Shown: positions 1-7,226 of the stretch, one piece after another
Position numbering within the stretch: the stretch's first letter is position 1
Layout: each line of letters starts with the position of its first letter
Assembly: GCA_964503525.1 (NCBI GenBank)
Contig: CAZCZY010000078.1
Span: 1 to 34,650, forward strand
From: an uncultured Candidatus Saccharibacteria bacterium
GTDB lineage: Bacteria > Patescibacteriota > JAUYIX01
Direction: 5' to 3'
Length of the DNA stretch: 34,650 bases
The notes under the pieces: generated by a model
Database searches by the model: none
Seen by the model: only the letters and a program-made list of their open reading frames with translations
Told to the model about the DNA's origin: nothing
Made by a program: the position numbers and the translations under genes

Positions 1-7
1 TAAGTAC

Positions 8-688
8 ATGAGCGAGTTGCTCGCTACGTCGGACTGGGCGCATCCCCTCTCGTGCTACGTGGACGCGCAGGAAAAAATTCAAGTTCGCCCTGTAAATTTA
101 CGAAATCCGTACTACCCCAAACTCATGCTCGGTGGAGAAAATCGAGTCGGCCTCAGTGCAATGGCGCATACGATGGAATTTTATCGGCGCCTGCCGCACG
201 GGTGGCGCACAACTCCCCAAGGAATTTTTACGGATCTCTATATGTACCAGCAATTTTTATCGATGCGCGACGCAAAAGTAACGAGTGGCCAGCGTCCAAC
301 CATGCTGAGTTTTCCTGATGGTGTTCGCATGGAATACACTCCCACAAAAAAACTGGACGAACTCAAGCGCTGGTCAAAAAAAATACAAGAGCCAAATTTT
401 GAGCAGCGCCTTATTGCAGAGCTACTCGATGCTGCGTATGCAAAATCAGTTGAACTTGAAAGCGATCTCATGTCAAAAATCACGGACGTGATTAAATCGC
501 GCGACGAATTCCAAAAAGAGCGCGACATGGCGGTCAAAAACATGAATCACTATCACGCCGATATTATTACCCTGCAGAAAGCTCTTGAGGAGGAACGCTC
601 CCGATCGAGATCGTTGCTGGGTGCCATTCGGGCACGACTTTTTTCAAAGCGCTCAAAGGACCAGCCTGCTGATCACGTTCGGTCATGA
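8..688 (+). CDS. hypothetical protein with charged helical (coiled-coil-like) C-terminus; possibly 5'-truncated by the window edge
   Basis: 226-aa ORF. The in-frame codons at 2-7 (AAG TAC) carry no stop, so the frame is open to position 1. The C-terminal third is heptad-like and charged (ELESDLMSKITDVIKSRDEFQKERDMAVKNM...LQKALEEERSR). No family recognised by eye. Confidence 0.5.
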   Translation: MSELLATSDWAHPLSCYVDAQEKIQVRPVNLRNPYYPKLMLGGENRVGLSAMAHTMEFYRRLPHGWRTTPQGIFTDLYMYQQFLSMRDAKVTSGQRPTMLSFPDGVRMEYTPTKKLDELKRWSKKIQEPNFEQRLIAELLDAAYAKSVELESDLMSKITDVIKSRDEFQKERDMAVKNMNHYHADIITLQKALEEERSRSRSLLGAIRARLFSKRSKDQPADHVRS

Positions 689-1196
689 TTAATTGGTCAT
701 GGTCAACAGCCGCCCACGAAAATCCGAGAGCAGGATCGTTAAAATTACAATCATATTCATCCGCGCGCTCGTAATACGACGACTGACCGACAAGCATGAT
801 GTTGTCTGTTGGCGCGTAGATGCAATGGACGACACCAGCCGGTACGTACAATAATTGCAACTTTTTTTCTGAGAGGTCGAGCATAACCGCCTTTCCCTCC
901 GTCGGTGACCCAGGCCTGGCATCGTGAAGCCCAATACGAGCAGTCCCGTGTGCAAAGACAATGTGTTCGTTTCTTTTGAGGTGTGCGTGGGCGCCACGCA
1001 TAACCGTTGCTTTGTTGAAAGTGTAATTCCATTGCAGCGTTGCCGTATCAAACCAACTTTGTCGGTAGAGCTCAGTCAAAGTGCCGCGTTCGTCCGTAAA
1101 CATCGTCAGATCAACGACAAAAACGCCTGAGAGAATTTCGCGGTATGGGTTGCCGTGATTGGTTCCTTCGGGGAGGAGATTTAGCATGAGTAACAT
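567..1196 (-). CDS. dTDP-4-dehydrorhamnose 3,5-epimerase-like cupin (RmlC family)
   Basis: 209-aa ORF with RmlC-like cupin motifs: GVFVVDLTMFTDERGTLTELY, VMRGAHAH (RGxHxQ-type), LLYVPAGVVHC, CNFNDPALGFSW and a C-terminal ERDQQAGPL. About 20 extra residues at each end relative to typical RmlC. Confidence 0.7.
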   Translation of the reverse strand: MLLMLNLLPEGTNHGNPYREILSGVFVVDLTMFTDERGTLTELYRQSWFDTATLQWNYTFNKATVMRGAHAHLKRNEHIVFAHGTARIGLHDARPGSPTEGKAVMLDLSEKKLQLLYVPAGVVHCIYAPTDNIMLVGQSSYYERADEYDCNFNDPALGFSWAAVDHDQLIMTERDQQAGPLSALKKVVPEWHPATISIGSVPPQELSAG

Positions 1197-1257
1197 CCTA
1201 CGATCTATTTGCCGTTTGTACCAAACCCAATACTAAATTTACACTGAGAGATGTGCT

Positions 1258-1926
1258 ATGGCGAATCCGCAACCAGGAGTTGTTGCGTACTTGAACAATT
1301 CACGGAATCAGAACGAGGAAAAAACAATGGCAAGACCACCGTTTATGGAACTGTTGCAAGCACGCGCACTGCCAACGACCGGCAAACGCGTTATTTTGCT
1401 AACTAAACGAACAATCGGAGATGTTACTACCGGCGCAGTTGTAGCAGGGACCAACATTATCGATCCTGAGGTTGTGACATTCTTAAACGCACACAAGAGT
1501 CAGATAAAGAAAGTAGAAATTATCGGCGGTAAGGCGGCCGTCCCGTTTGAGGCGGAGACAGAGCTTAAACGCTTATTTCCCGCCATTACGATTGTGCGCC
1601 TAGATGGTACCGACCGTTTTGATACGACCGGCCAGATTGACACGACTTATTTTGTGGCACCGACGCATGCCGTCCTGGCGTTTGGTAAACCCGTCCTGCC
1701 GGCATCGCTAAAACACGGCATTGCTGAATATGCAGCTCTAGCTGGTGCACGTATCGCCGCGTTTAAAGGCGCGCCGCTAGTTTTGTCGGATGCGACATCC
1801 GTCCCGGCCACGATTGGCAACTACCTAAAAAATAACGCAGCCACGATCAAGCTCGGAGAAATTGTCGGTGATCTAACGCTCGTTCCACAAACCGTCGTAG
1901 ACGCATATCTCGATTTGATTAAGTAA
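1258..1926 (+). CDS. cell-wall-binding repeat 2 (CWB2)-like protein
   Basis: 222-aa ORF with two CWB2-like units: VEIIGGKAAVPFEAETELKRL...IVRLDGTDRFDTTGQI (GxDRYxT-type motif), and KGAPLVLSDATSVPATIGNYLKNN...GEIVGDLTLVPQTV. No N-terminal signal peptide is visible. Confidence 0.5.
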   Translation: MANPQPGVVAYLNNSRNQNEEKTMARPPFMELLQARALPTTGKRVILLTKRTIGDVTTGAVVAGTNIIDPEVVTFLNAHKSQIKKVEIIGGKAAVPFEAETELKRLFPAITIVRLDGTDRFDTTGQIDTTYFVAPTHAVLAFGKPVLPASLKHGIAEYAALAGARIAAFKGAPLVLSDATSVPATIGNYLKNNAATIKLGEIVGDLTLVPQTVVDAYLDLIK

Positions 1927-1947
1927 AAGAAGTTAGAACGTGTGGTT

Positions 1948-1972
1948 ACGCAGGCTGGACTGCCCGCGTTTT
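1948..1972 (+). terminator. possible rho-independent terminator after the CWB2-like gene
   Basis: ACGCAGGC-tggact-GCCCGCGT forms an 8-bp stem with one mismatch, followed by only TTTT. Weak. Confidence 0.35.
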
Positions 1973-1976
1973 AATA

Positions 1977-2004
1977 TTGACAAAACCTTCGTTTAGAGTA
2001 TGCT
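1977..2004 (+). promoter_or_regulatory. sigma70-like promoter for the secreted beta-rich protein gene
   Basis: Consensus -35 TTGACA (1977-1982), 16-nt spacer, -10 TATGCT (1999-2004). A GAGGAGG Shine-Dalgarno sits at 2036-2042, ahead of the ATG at 2049. Confidence 0.45.
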
Positions 2005-2048
2005 CTGCTGTTTTGTACATTACCTAAAAACTTGCCGAGGAGGCAGTC

Positions 2049-2780
2049 ATGAAAGTCGAACGCGCCACCGTCCAAGTCGTAGCAATCTTGCTCATCATCT
2101 TGTTCGTACCAGGAGTCTTTGCACAGTCCGATGAGCCGTCCGAAGAAACGCCCGACACACAAAACCAACTCACTCAATCCGGCGCCATTTACGAAAGCAT
2201 CATCCAGGAGTCCGAGGACCCCACGTACCAACTGGTCGAAGTGCGGTGGGCAAAGCCACTCAGCACGCGCGCCAAGTACTTTGATGACGCATGGTTTGCC
2301 GAGTATGCCTACGTTGGTCGCCACATCGCGATCGACGTGGTCTACTTCCAACAAAAGTTTCTCGGCGAACAATACCGAGAGTTGGACATCGGCGCTGGCT
2401 ACCCATTTCACTTTAATGGCGGCTTTACGGCCTTTGGTGTCTACTACGCGGCCAGTCGCGGCCCGGACTACCAATGGTTGGCACCGGCCTTTAACGGAGT
2501 GTTCGAGAAAAATCGGGTGTCGGCGCGCATTCTGGTCCTCTATTACATCGGCCTGACCGACGACTCGCCAGATCTCTACTTTGTCGATCCAATGCGGCTG
2601 GGATTTAAGCCCGTCGACTGGTTAACATTTGGGGTCTCCGGCAAGTTCACTCGCTACGTGGGTGAGGACTGGCAAGCCGATCTTGGACCAATGCTGCAAG
2701 TCACGACCAAGGTTGGACGTTTTGAGGTTCGACACTTTACCGGTGAAGAACTGCAAGTGTCCTACACAATCGCCTGGTAA
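2049..2780 (+). CDS. secreted beta-strand-rich protein, outer-membrane-beta-barrel-like
   Basis: 243-aa ORF with a strong SD. Signal peptide MKVERATVQVVAILLIILFVPGVFA/QSDE. About 12 alternating aromatic/hydrophobic strand-like segments (WFAEYAYVG, IAIDVVYFQ, FTAFGVYYAA, ARILVLYYIG, WLTFGVSGKF, RFEVRHF). Ends ELQVSYTIAW with a terminal aromatic residue. A clean terminator follows. Confidence 0.7.
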   Translation: MKVERATVQVVAILLIILFVPGVFAQSDEPSEETPDTQNQLTQSGAIYESIIQESEDPTYQLVEVRWAKPLSTRAKYFDDAWFAEYAYVGRHIAIDVVYFQQKFLGEQYRELDIGAGYPFHFNGGFTAFGVYYAASRGPDYQWLAPAFNGVFEKNRVSARILVLYYIGLTDDSPDLYFVDPMRLGFKPVDWLTFGVSGKFTRYVGEDWQADLGPMLQVTTKVGRFEVRHFTGEELQVSYTIAW

Positions 2781-2811
2781 ACTAACGCGCCATATCGTGT
2801 AAGTATTTCAC

Positions 2812-2842
2812 AAGGGTGTTCGCAACGAACACCCTTTTTTTA
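2812..2842 (+). terminator. rho-independent terminator
   Basis: AAGGGTGTTCG-caa-CGAACACCCTT forms an 11-bp perfect stem (2812-2836) followed by a T7 run. Confidence 0.8.
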
Positions 2843-2906
2843 ATTGACACCGCTGCCCGGCATGATATTTTTGTTCGCTCGTTCGTTAACAAGTGAGGAG
2901 GTACGT

Positions 2907-3368
2907 ATGACAGTACAAATGTCTGTTGAGATTGCACAAATGCCGCGCGTCGGGGTGGGAGTCATGGTTATGCGCCGCCACGGCACCGTCCGAGAAGTTT
3001 TGCTCGGAAAAAGAAAAAGCTCGGACCATGCTGGCACGTTCTGCTTTCCCGGTGGTCGGCTGGGCCCCGGCGAAGACCCCATCAAGTGTGGCCTCAGGGA
3101 AATTAAGGAGCAATGTGGAATTGACGTAGAAAAAGTGCGTTTTCAGTTCGTAGCGTATGTCACCACTTTTTTGCCCAAAATCTACGTGCACATCGGCTTG
3201 CAAGCCGATTATCTCATAGGTGAACCGCGCCTGCTCCAGCCCGGCAATTACGAAGACTGGAAGTGGCACCCCCTCGGGTACCAACTCCCGCAACCGCTGT
3301 TTAAGACAACCGAGCTGGCCTTCGAAAGTTTGCGCTCCGGCGAGAACTTCTTCAACCACGTGAAATAA
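2907..3368 (+). CDS. NUDIX hydrolase
   Basis: Nudix box GGRLGPGEDPIKCGLREIKEQCGI (Gx5Ex7REUxEExGU). ATG at 2907 is preceded by GGAGG (2896-2900). The longer ORF from 2844 lacks an SD. Confidence 0.8.
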   Translation: MTVQMSVEIAQMPRVGVGVMVMRRHGTVREVLLGKRKSSDHAGTFCFPGGRLGPGEDPIKCGLREIKEQCGIDVEKVRFQFVAYVTTFLPKIYVHIGLQADYLIGEPRLLQPGNYEDWKWHPLGYQLPQPLFKTTELAFESLRSGENFFNHVK

Positions 3369-3369
3369 C

Positions 3370-3768
3370 ATGTCACTCATGACTGCGTGCATCAAGACGC
3401 CGCGCACGGCGAAACATGGCGTGCGAGTTTCTATTATGAGTCGACATACCCTTGCAGACGGGGTCACGCCTGATCCAGAGATTACGAAAATATATTTTGA
3501 TCGCTGGTGGCCGCAGTTTGCTCCACCACCACTGCTCATCGGTGCGTACTACAAGCGAGGCTTGCCATGGGAATCGTTTGCAAAGCAATTTAACGAGTAT
3601 CTCCGCGAACCTGACCCCCACCGACATCTGTGCAGACTCGTAGAATACGCCCGTGCATTGGATCTTACGTTACTGTGTGTCGAGCCAACACCAGAGCGCT
3701 GTCACCGACGCCTCGTAGCAGAAGCATGCCGCGAAATTGACCAGTCCCTGCTCATTACCATCGAGTAA
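3370..3768 (+). CDS. DUF488 family protein
   Basis: 132 aa. DUF488-like pattern: DRWWPQFAPPPLLIGAYYKRGLPWESFAKQFNEYL, then LTLLCVEPTPERCHRRLVAEA (the LC.E....CHR signature). The start lies 1 nt after the Nudix stop. Confidence 0.7.
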   Translation: MSLMTACIKTPRTAKHGVRVSIMSRHTLADGVTPDPEITKIYFDRWWPQFAPPPLLIGAYYKRGLPWESFAKQFNEYLREPDPHRHLCRLVEYARALDLTLLCVEPTPERCHRRLVAEACREIDQSLLITIE

Positions 3769-3783
3769 AACTGAATCAACGCA

Positions 3784-4248
3784 GTGGGCATCAACAGAAA
3801 GGAGTTACTCAACTTGGCTCTCCCAGTAGTCCTTGTGCTCGAATGGTATGCGGCGTCGCGCGACTACGTCCTTTGTCGGCTCCTAGCCTGTAAAGCCGAG
3901 CGTTGGGTGGATGTACTACCATGCCAAAACCTTGAGCAGGCCGTGAGCATCACCAAGGAAATTGGTCCGTGCATTCGCCTGATAATTATTGACGACGATG
4001 GCCTGCAAGGGTCAGCACACGATGCCGTTATCCAGTTACGAACCACAATTCCTAACTCCACAAAGTTTATCGTGATTGGTCAACCGCCCAGAGGGGAACC
4101 TCCCGACTGGGGCGCACTCGGAGCTCGCTTCTTCTTGAAAAGCGCTCCCGAACAAGAAATCGAAGGATTCTTGCGGCGGTATTTTGAGCAATTAGAGCGT
4201 CTTGCCGCGGCTGGCAGGCCTCGTGACTCAACTATCGTTCACAAGTAG
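3784..4248 (+). CDS. stand-alone response-regulator receiver (REC)-like protein with a degenerate acidic pocket
   Basis: Aligns by eye to CheY-type receivers: VVLVLEWYAAS (EW where DD is expected), LIIIDDDGLQGSAHDAVIQLR (phospho-acceptor Asp region), KFIVIG, FFLKSAP (conserved Lys). GTG at 3784. An alternative in-frame TTG at 3814 lies 9 nt after AAAGGAG. Confidence 0.5.
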   Translation: MGINRKELLNLALPVVLVLEWYAASRDYVLCRLLACKAERWVDVLPCQNLEQAVSITKEIGPCIRLIIIDDDGLQGSAHDAVIQLRTTIPNSTKFIVIGQPPRGEPPDWGALGARFFLKSAPEQEIEGFLRRYFEQLERLAAAGRPRDSTIVHK

Positions 4249-4250
4249 GT

Positions 4251-4283
4251 AACCTCGTCGCAAACGTGCGGCGAGGTTTTTTA
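4251..4283 (+). terminator. rho-independent terminator between convergent genes
   Basis: AACCTCGTCGC-aaacgt-GCGGCGAGGTT forms an 11-bp stem with one G-U pair, followed by T6. It also lies just downstream of the minus-strand cupredoxin gene, but that strand has no U-tract. Confidence 0.75.
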
Positions 4284-4297
4284 TTCGCGGATCAATT

Positions 4298-5044
4298 TTA
4301 TTCAACCACGATCATACCGGTCATCACGTCAGCATGGGCGCTGCAGTGATAAGGATACGCGCCTGGTTCATCAAAAACCGTTTCAAATTTTTGCCCCATA
4401 GCGAGTCCACGCGAATTCTGTTGCTCAAAATAGGTGTGATACGGATGGCTCTCGGTATTAACAAAATGTTCGATGGCGTCACTATTTGTCCAAACAACTT
4501 TAGTGCCGCTACTGATTCTAATATTTTTTGGCGCGAACAAAATATCTTTAAGATCCACTTTGATTTCAGCTTTGTCGCGCTGATCTTCAAAGTTGCTCAA
4601 CGGTGTTCTATCAATTTTGAAATAGAATTTACCTTGGGTGCAGCTGGTGTCAATAAAACAGTTTTTATACGAAACAACGTACTCACCATCCGGCGCACTA
4701 GTATCGAGCGCGACGCGCGCAGCAAGTTTTGATTCGTCTACTGTAGTATCACTGCGCGTAAACTCCGAGGCCTCATCGCTTGCCAATACAACAGTAATTT
4801 CTGCGCTCGTCATATCTAAATCACTATTGATTACGATCGCAATCGGTGCGACTGGATACTTATCGCTGTGATGTGGCGTTGTGTCTTGAATATGTTCGCC
4901 GCGTACTTCTTGCGATTGCACACGATCGCTACTTTGTCCATGGAACCCGGCCCAGATCAGATACGCACCAAGTAGAATTACTGCGGCTGCGCCAAAAATA
5001 ATCCACCCGCGAGTTTTTATAGTCATATTTTCAATCCAACTCAT
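4298..5044 (-). CDS. membrane-anchored CopC-like / cupredoxin (type-1 copper) fusion protein
   Basis: 248 aa. N-terminal TM helix (WIIFGAAAVILLGAYLIWAGF). The middle segment ends GEYVVSYKNCFIDTSCTQGKFYFKID (CopC-like strand pattern). The C-terminal cupredoxin is IRISSGTKVVWTNSDAIEHFVN...GAYPYHCSAHADVMTGMIVVE, with a His...Cys-x2-His-x3-Met ligand set. Confidence 0.75.
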   Translation of the reverse strand: MSWIENMTIKTRGWIIFGAAAVILLGAYLIWAGFHGQSSDRVQSQEVRGEHIQDTTPHHSDKYPVAPIAIVINSDLDMTSAEITVVLASDEASEFTRSDTTVDESKLAARVALDTSAPDGEYVVSYKNCFIDTSCTQGKFYFKIDRTPLSNFEDQRDKAEIKVDLKDILFAPKNIRISSGTKVVWTNSDAIEHFVNTESHPYHTYFEQQNSRGLAMGQKFETVFDEPGAYPYHCSAHADVMTGMIVVE

Positions 5045-5068
5045 GGCGCCTACGTTGCGCTACCAAAA

Positions 5069-5572
5069 TTACTGCACAAAAAACTGCAATTGCCCGTCAT
5101 GACAGGTATTATCCGGCCAACATGCCGTGTATTTGACTGTATACAAACCATTTGGCGACCCCGCACGAATCGCGCGTCCCAATATCAAACTGTCGATTCC
5201 AATAATTACTTCGCCGGTGCCTACTTCCATTCCATCGGCAGATATACTTATGGTTGAGCCAGCGACTACGTCAAAATTAAACGTAAGCGAAACGTCGCTC
5301 GGAACACTATCCACCGTTGATCCATGCGCCGGTTTAGACGAGACAAAATGCGGTGTTTTTTTGGGATTTTCAAACGATGGGGCGGCTGGAGGTGTTGTTT
5401 TGTTCGTAATAGGAGAGGCCGTGTTGGCTACTGGAGTTGGTGCGACAACAACCTTGCCTGTATTGATATTTGATGTTGGCTCCAGCGGGGCAGGCCCTCG
5501 AGGTTGCGAATAAAACCACGAGCAGCCCGTGAGGCTCAAACAACACAATATCGCCGGCACAATTTTTTTCAT
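5069..5572 (-). CDS. lipoprotein with CopC-like domain
   Basis: 167 aa. Lipoprotein signal MKKIVPAILCCLSLTG/C. Pro/Thr-rich linker. CopC-like domain: SSKPAHGSTVDSVPSDVSLTFNFDV...GLYTVKYTACWPDNTCHDGQLQFFVQ. Confidence 0.7.
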   Translation of the reverse strand: MKKIVPAILCCLSLTGCSWFYSQPRGPAPLEPTSNINTGKVVVAPTPVANTASPITNKTTPPAAPSFENPKKTPHFVSSKPAHGSTVDSVPSDVSLTFNFDVVAGSTISISADGMEVGTGEVIIGIDSLILGRAIRAGSPNGLYTVKYTACWPDNTCHDGQLQFFVQ

Positions 5573-5573
5573 A

Positions 5574-5601
5574 TGGCAAATTGTACCATGCGCGCTATAC
5601 T
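5574..5601 (+). promoter_or_regulatory. possible promoter for pyrD (weak -35)
   Basis: -10-like TATACT at 5596-5601, with TGGCAA 16 nt upstream. The ATG at 5614 is only 12 nt past the -10, so the leader would be very short and has no SD. Confidence 0.3.
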
Positions 5602-5613
5602 CTCAAATTACAT

Positions 5614-6783
5614 ATGTTCGAACCATGGATCACCACACGCAATCGTGTTAACGGTGCTCTGTACCGGCGCGTTGTGCGACCCGTATTTTTTAGGATAGAC
5701 GCAGAAAATATTCACGACCGCATGACACGCACGGGCATGTTTATAGGGCGCCATCGCATCACACGCGCCGCCGCTCATTCTATGCTTACCTACGAGCACC
5801 CCCTTCTCGAACAAAAAATCCACGGCATCGCCTTCAAAAATCCGATTGGCCTCGCTGCCGGTTTTGATAAGGACGCCAATCTAACCGATATTTTGCCTCA
5901 TGTTGGATTTGGTTTTGCAGAAATTGGCTCCATCACCGGCCAACCATGCGAAGGTAATCCGCGACCACGACTCTGGCGATTAAAAAAATCCAAAGGTCTC
6001 GTGGTCTACTACGGTTTAAAAAACGTGGGCAGCGACGTACTCAGCAAAAAAATTTCACGATTAAGCGCGCAAAAAGATTTTGCCATCCCTGTTGGCATTA
6101 GTGTTGCCAAAACAAATAATCGTGAGACGTGCGATCTTGCGGCCGGCATCGCCGATTACAAAAAAGCCTTTACTGCATTTGCTGACCTTGGCAGTTACAT
6201 CACGGTAAACATCAGTTGTCCCAATACATTTGGTGGCGAGCCCTTTACTGATCCGAGCCGTCTCGATAAATTGCTCAACGAACTCGACCAAATCCCTACC
6301 GAGCGCCCAATATTTCTAAAGATCTCGCCGGATTTGTCGCCGATCGAGGTCGACGCGCTGCTAGATGTCGCAACTAAACACCGCGTACACGGATTTATTT
6401 GTTCGAACCTGACAAAAAAACGCGATAATCCCCGCCTCATTGATAGCAATGTGCCGACGGTCGGCGGCATGAGCGGAAAAGTGGTGCAACCCCTTGCTGA
6501 CAAATTAATCGAGCAGGTCTACAAAAAAACTCAAGGTCGCTTTACCATCATCGGTTGTGGCGGCGTATTTACTGCGCAAGATGCGTATCATAAAATTCGA
6601 CTGGGCGCTTCGCTCGTCCAAATGATCACTGGGATGATTTACCAAGGCCCGCAAGTCATCAGTGAGATAAATCAGGGACTCACGCGACTACTCATCCAGG
6701 ATGGCTATAAGAATATTTCTGAGGCCGTTGGCTCGGCATATTTGGTTCGGGACGAACAGAATGATACCGTAGCAGCCGTATGA
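5614..6783 (+). CDS. pyrD: dihydroorotate dehydrogenase, class-2-like architecture
   Basis: Motifs NPIGLAAGFDKD, GFGFAEIGSITGQPCEGNPRPRLWRL, VNISCPNT, IIGCGGVFTAQDAY and GASLVQMITGMIYQGP. The N-terminal extension resembles the membrane-associating helices of class 2. The ORF opens at TTG 5581; ATG 5614 is preferred. Confidence 0.9.
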   Translation: MFEPWITTRNRVNGALYRRVVRPVFFRIDAENIHDRMTRTGMFIGRHRITRAAAHSMLTYEHPLLEQKIHGIAFKNPIGLAAGFDKDANLTDILPHVGFGFAEIGSITGQPCEGNPRPRLWRLKKSKGLVVYYGLKNVGSDVLSKKISRLSAQKDFAIPVGISVAKTNNRETCDLAAGIADYKKAFTAFADLGSYITVNISCPNTFGGEPFTDPSRLDKLLNELDQIPTERPIFLKISPDLSPIEVDALLDVATKHRVHGFICSNLTKKRDNPRLIDSNVPTVGGMSGKVVQPLADKLIEQVYKKTQGRFTIIGCGGVFTAQDAYHKIRLGASLVQMITGMIYQGPQVISEINQGLTRLLIQDGYKNISEAVGSAYLVRDEQNDTVAAV

Positions 6784-7226
6784 CACGTCTCTATAGTCGA
6801 GTAAGTGCCAGTATGTTGGCATACAAAGCCTGGTTTATTTCGCTCGCAGGCTTGGTAGGAAGCCTCTATTTTAGCGAAGTACAGCACCTGCCACCATGCG
6901 TTTTATGTTGGTATCAGCGCATTTGCATGTACCCGTTGGCAGTCATTTTAGCCGTCGGCATTATAAAAAAAGACAAAAACGTGGCGTGGTATGCACTGCC
7001 GCTAACGGTTATCGGCTCCGGAATTGCCATTTTCCATGTGTTGTTGCAGGCCGGCATAATTCCCGAGGCCGCCGCTCCCTGTCAGGCCGGCATCTCATGC
7101 ACCACAAAATATGCTGAGATTTTTGGTATCTTTACTATCCCTCAGCTTTCGATGATCGCTTTTCTTTTCCTCACGGCGTTAATGGTTCTAATTATTAAGA
7201 AAAAATCATGGGCAGCATCAAAATAA
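6780..7226 (+). CDS. dsbB: disulfide bond formation protein B, BdbC-type
   Basis: 148 aa, 4 TM segments. First loop PPCVLCWYQRICMYP (BdbC-type CxxC); second Cys pair APCQAGISC. The ATG overlaps the pyrD TGA (ATGA at 6780-6783). Confidence 0.8.
   Translation: MTRLYSRVSASMLAYKAWFISLAGLVGSLYFSEVQHLPPCVLCWYQRICMYPLAVILAVGIIKKDKNVAWYALPLTVIGSGIAIFHVLLQAGIIPEAAAPCQAGISCTTKYAEIFGIFTIPQLSMIAFLFLTALMVLIIKKKSWAASK

Noticed and set aside
1971-2474. 167-aa minus-strand ORF opposite the secreted beta-rich protein gene
   Set aside because: The plus-strand gene has a promoter, a strong SD, a signal peptide and a terminator. The antisense ORF has none of these and would run into the promoter region.
2886-3539. 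217-aa minus-strand ORF spanning the Nudix and DUF488 genes
   Set aside because: It is antisense to two genes with clear family motifs (the Nudix box and the DUF488 LC.E....CHR signature). It has no SD or terminator, and its composition is typical of a shadow ORF.
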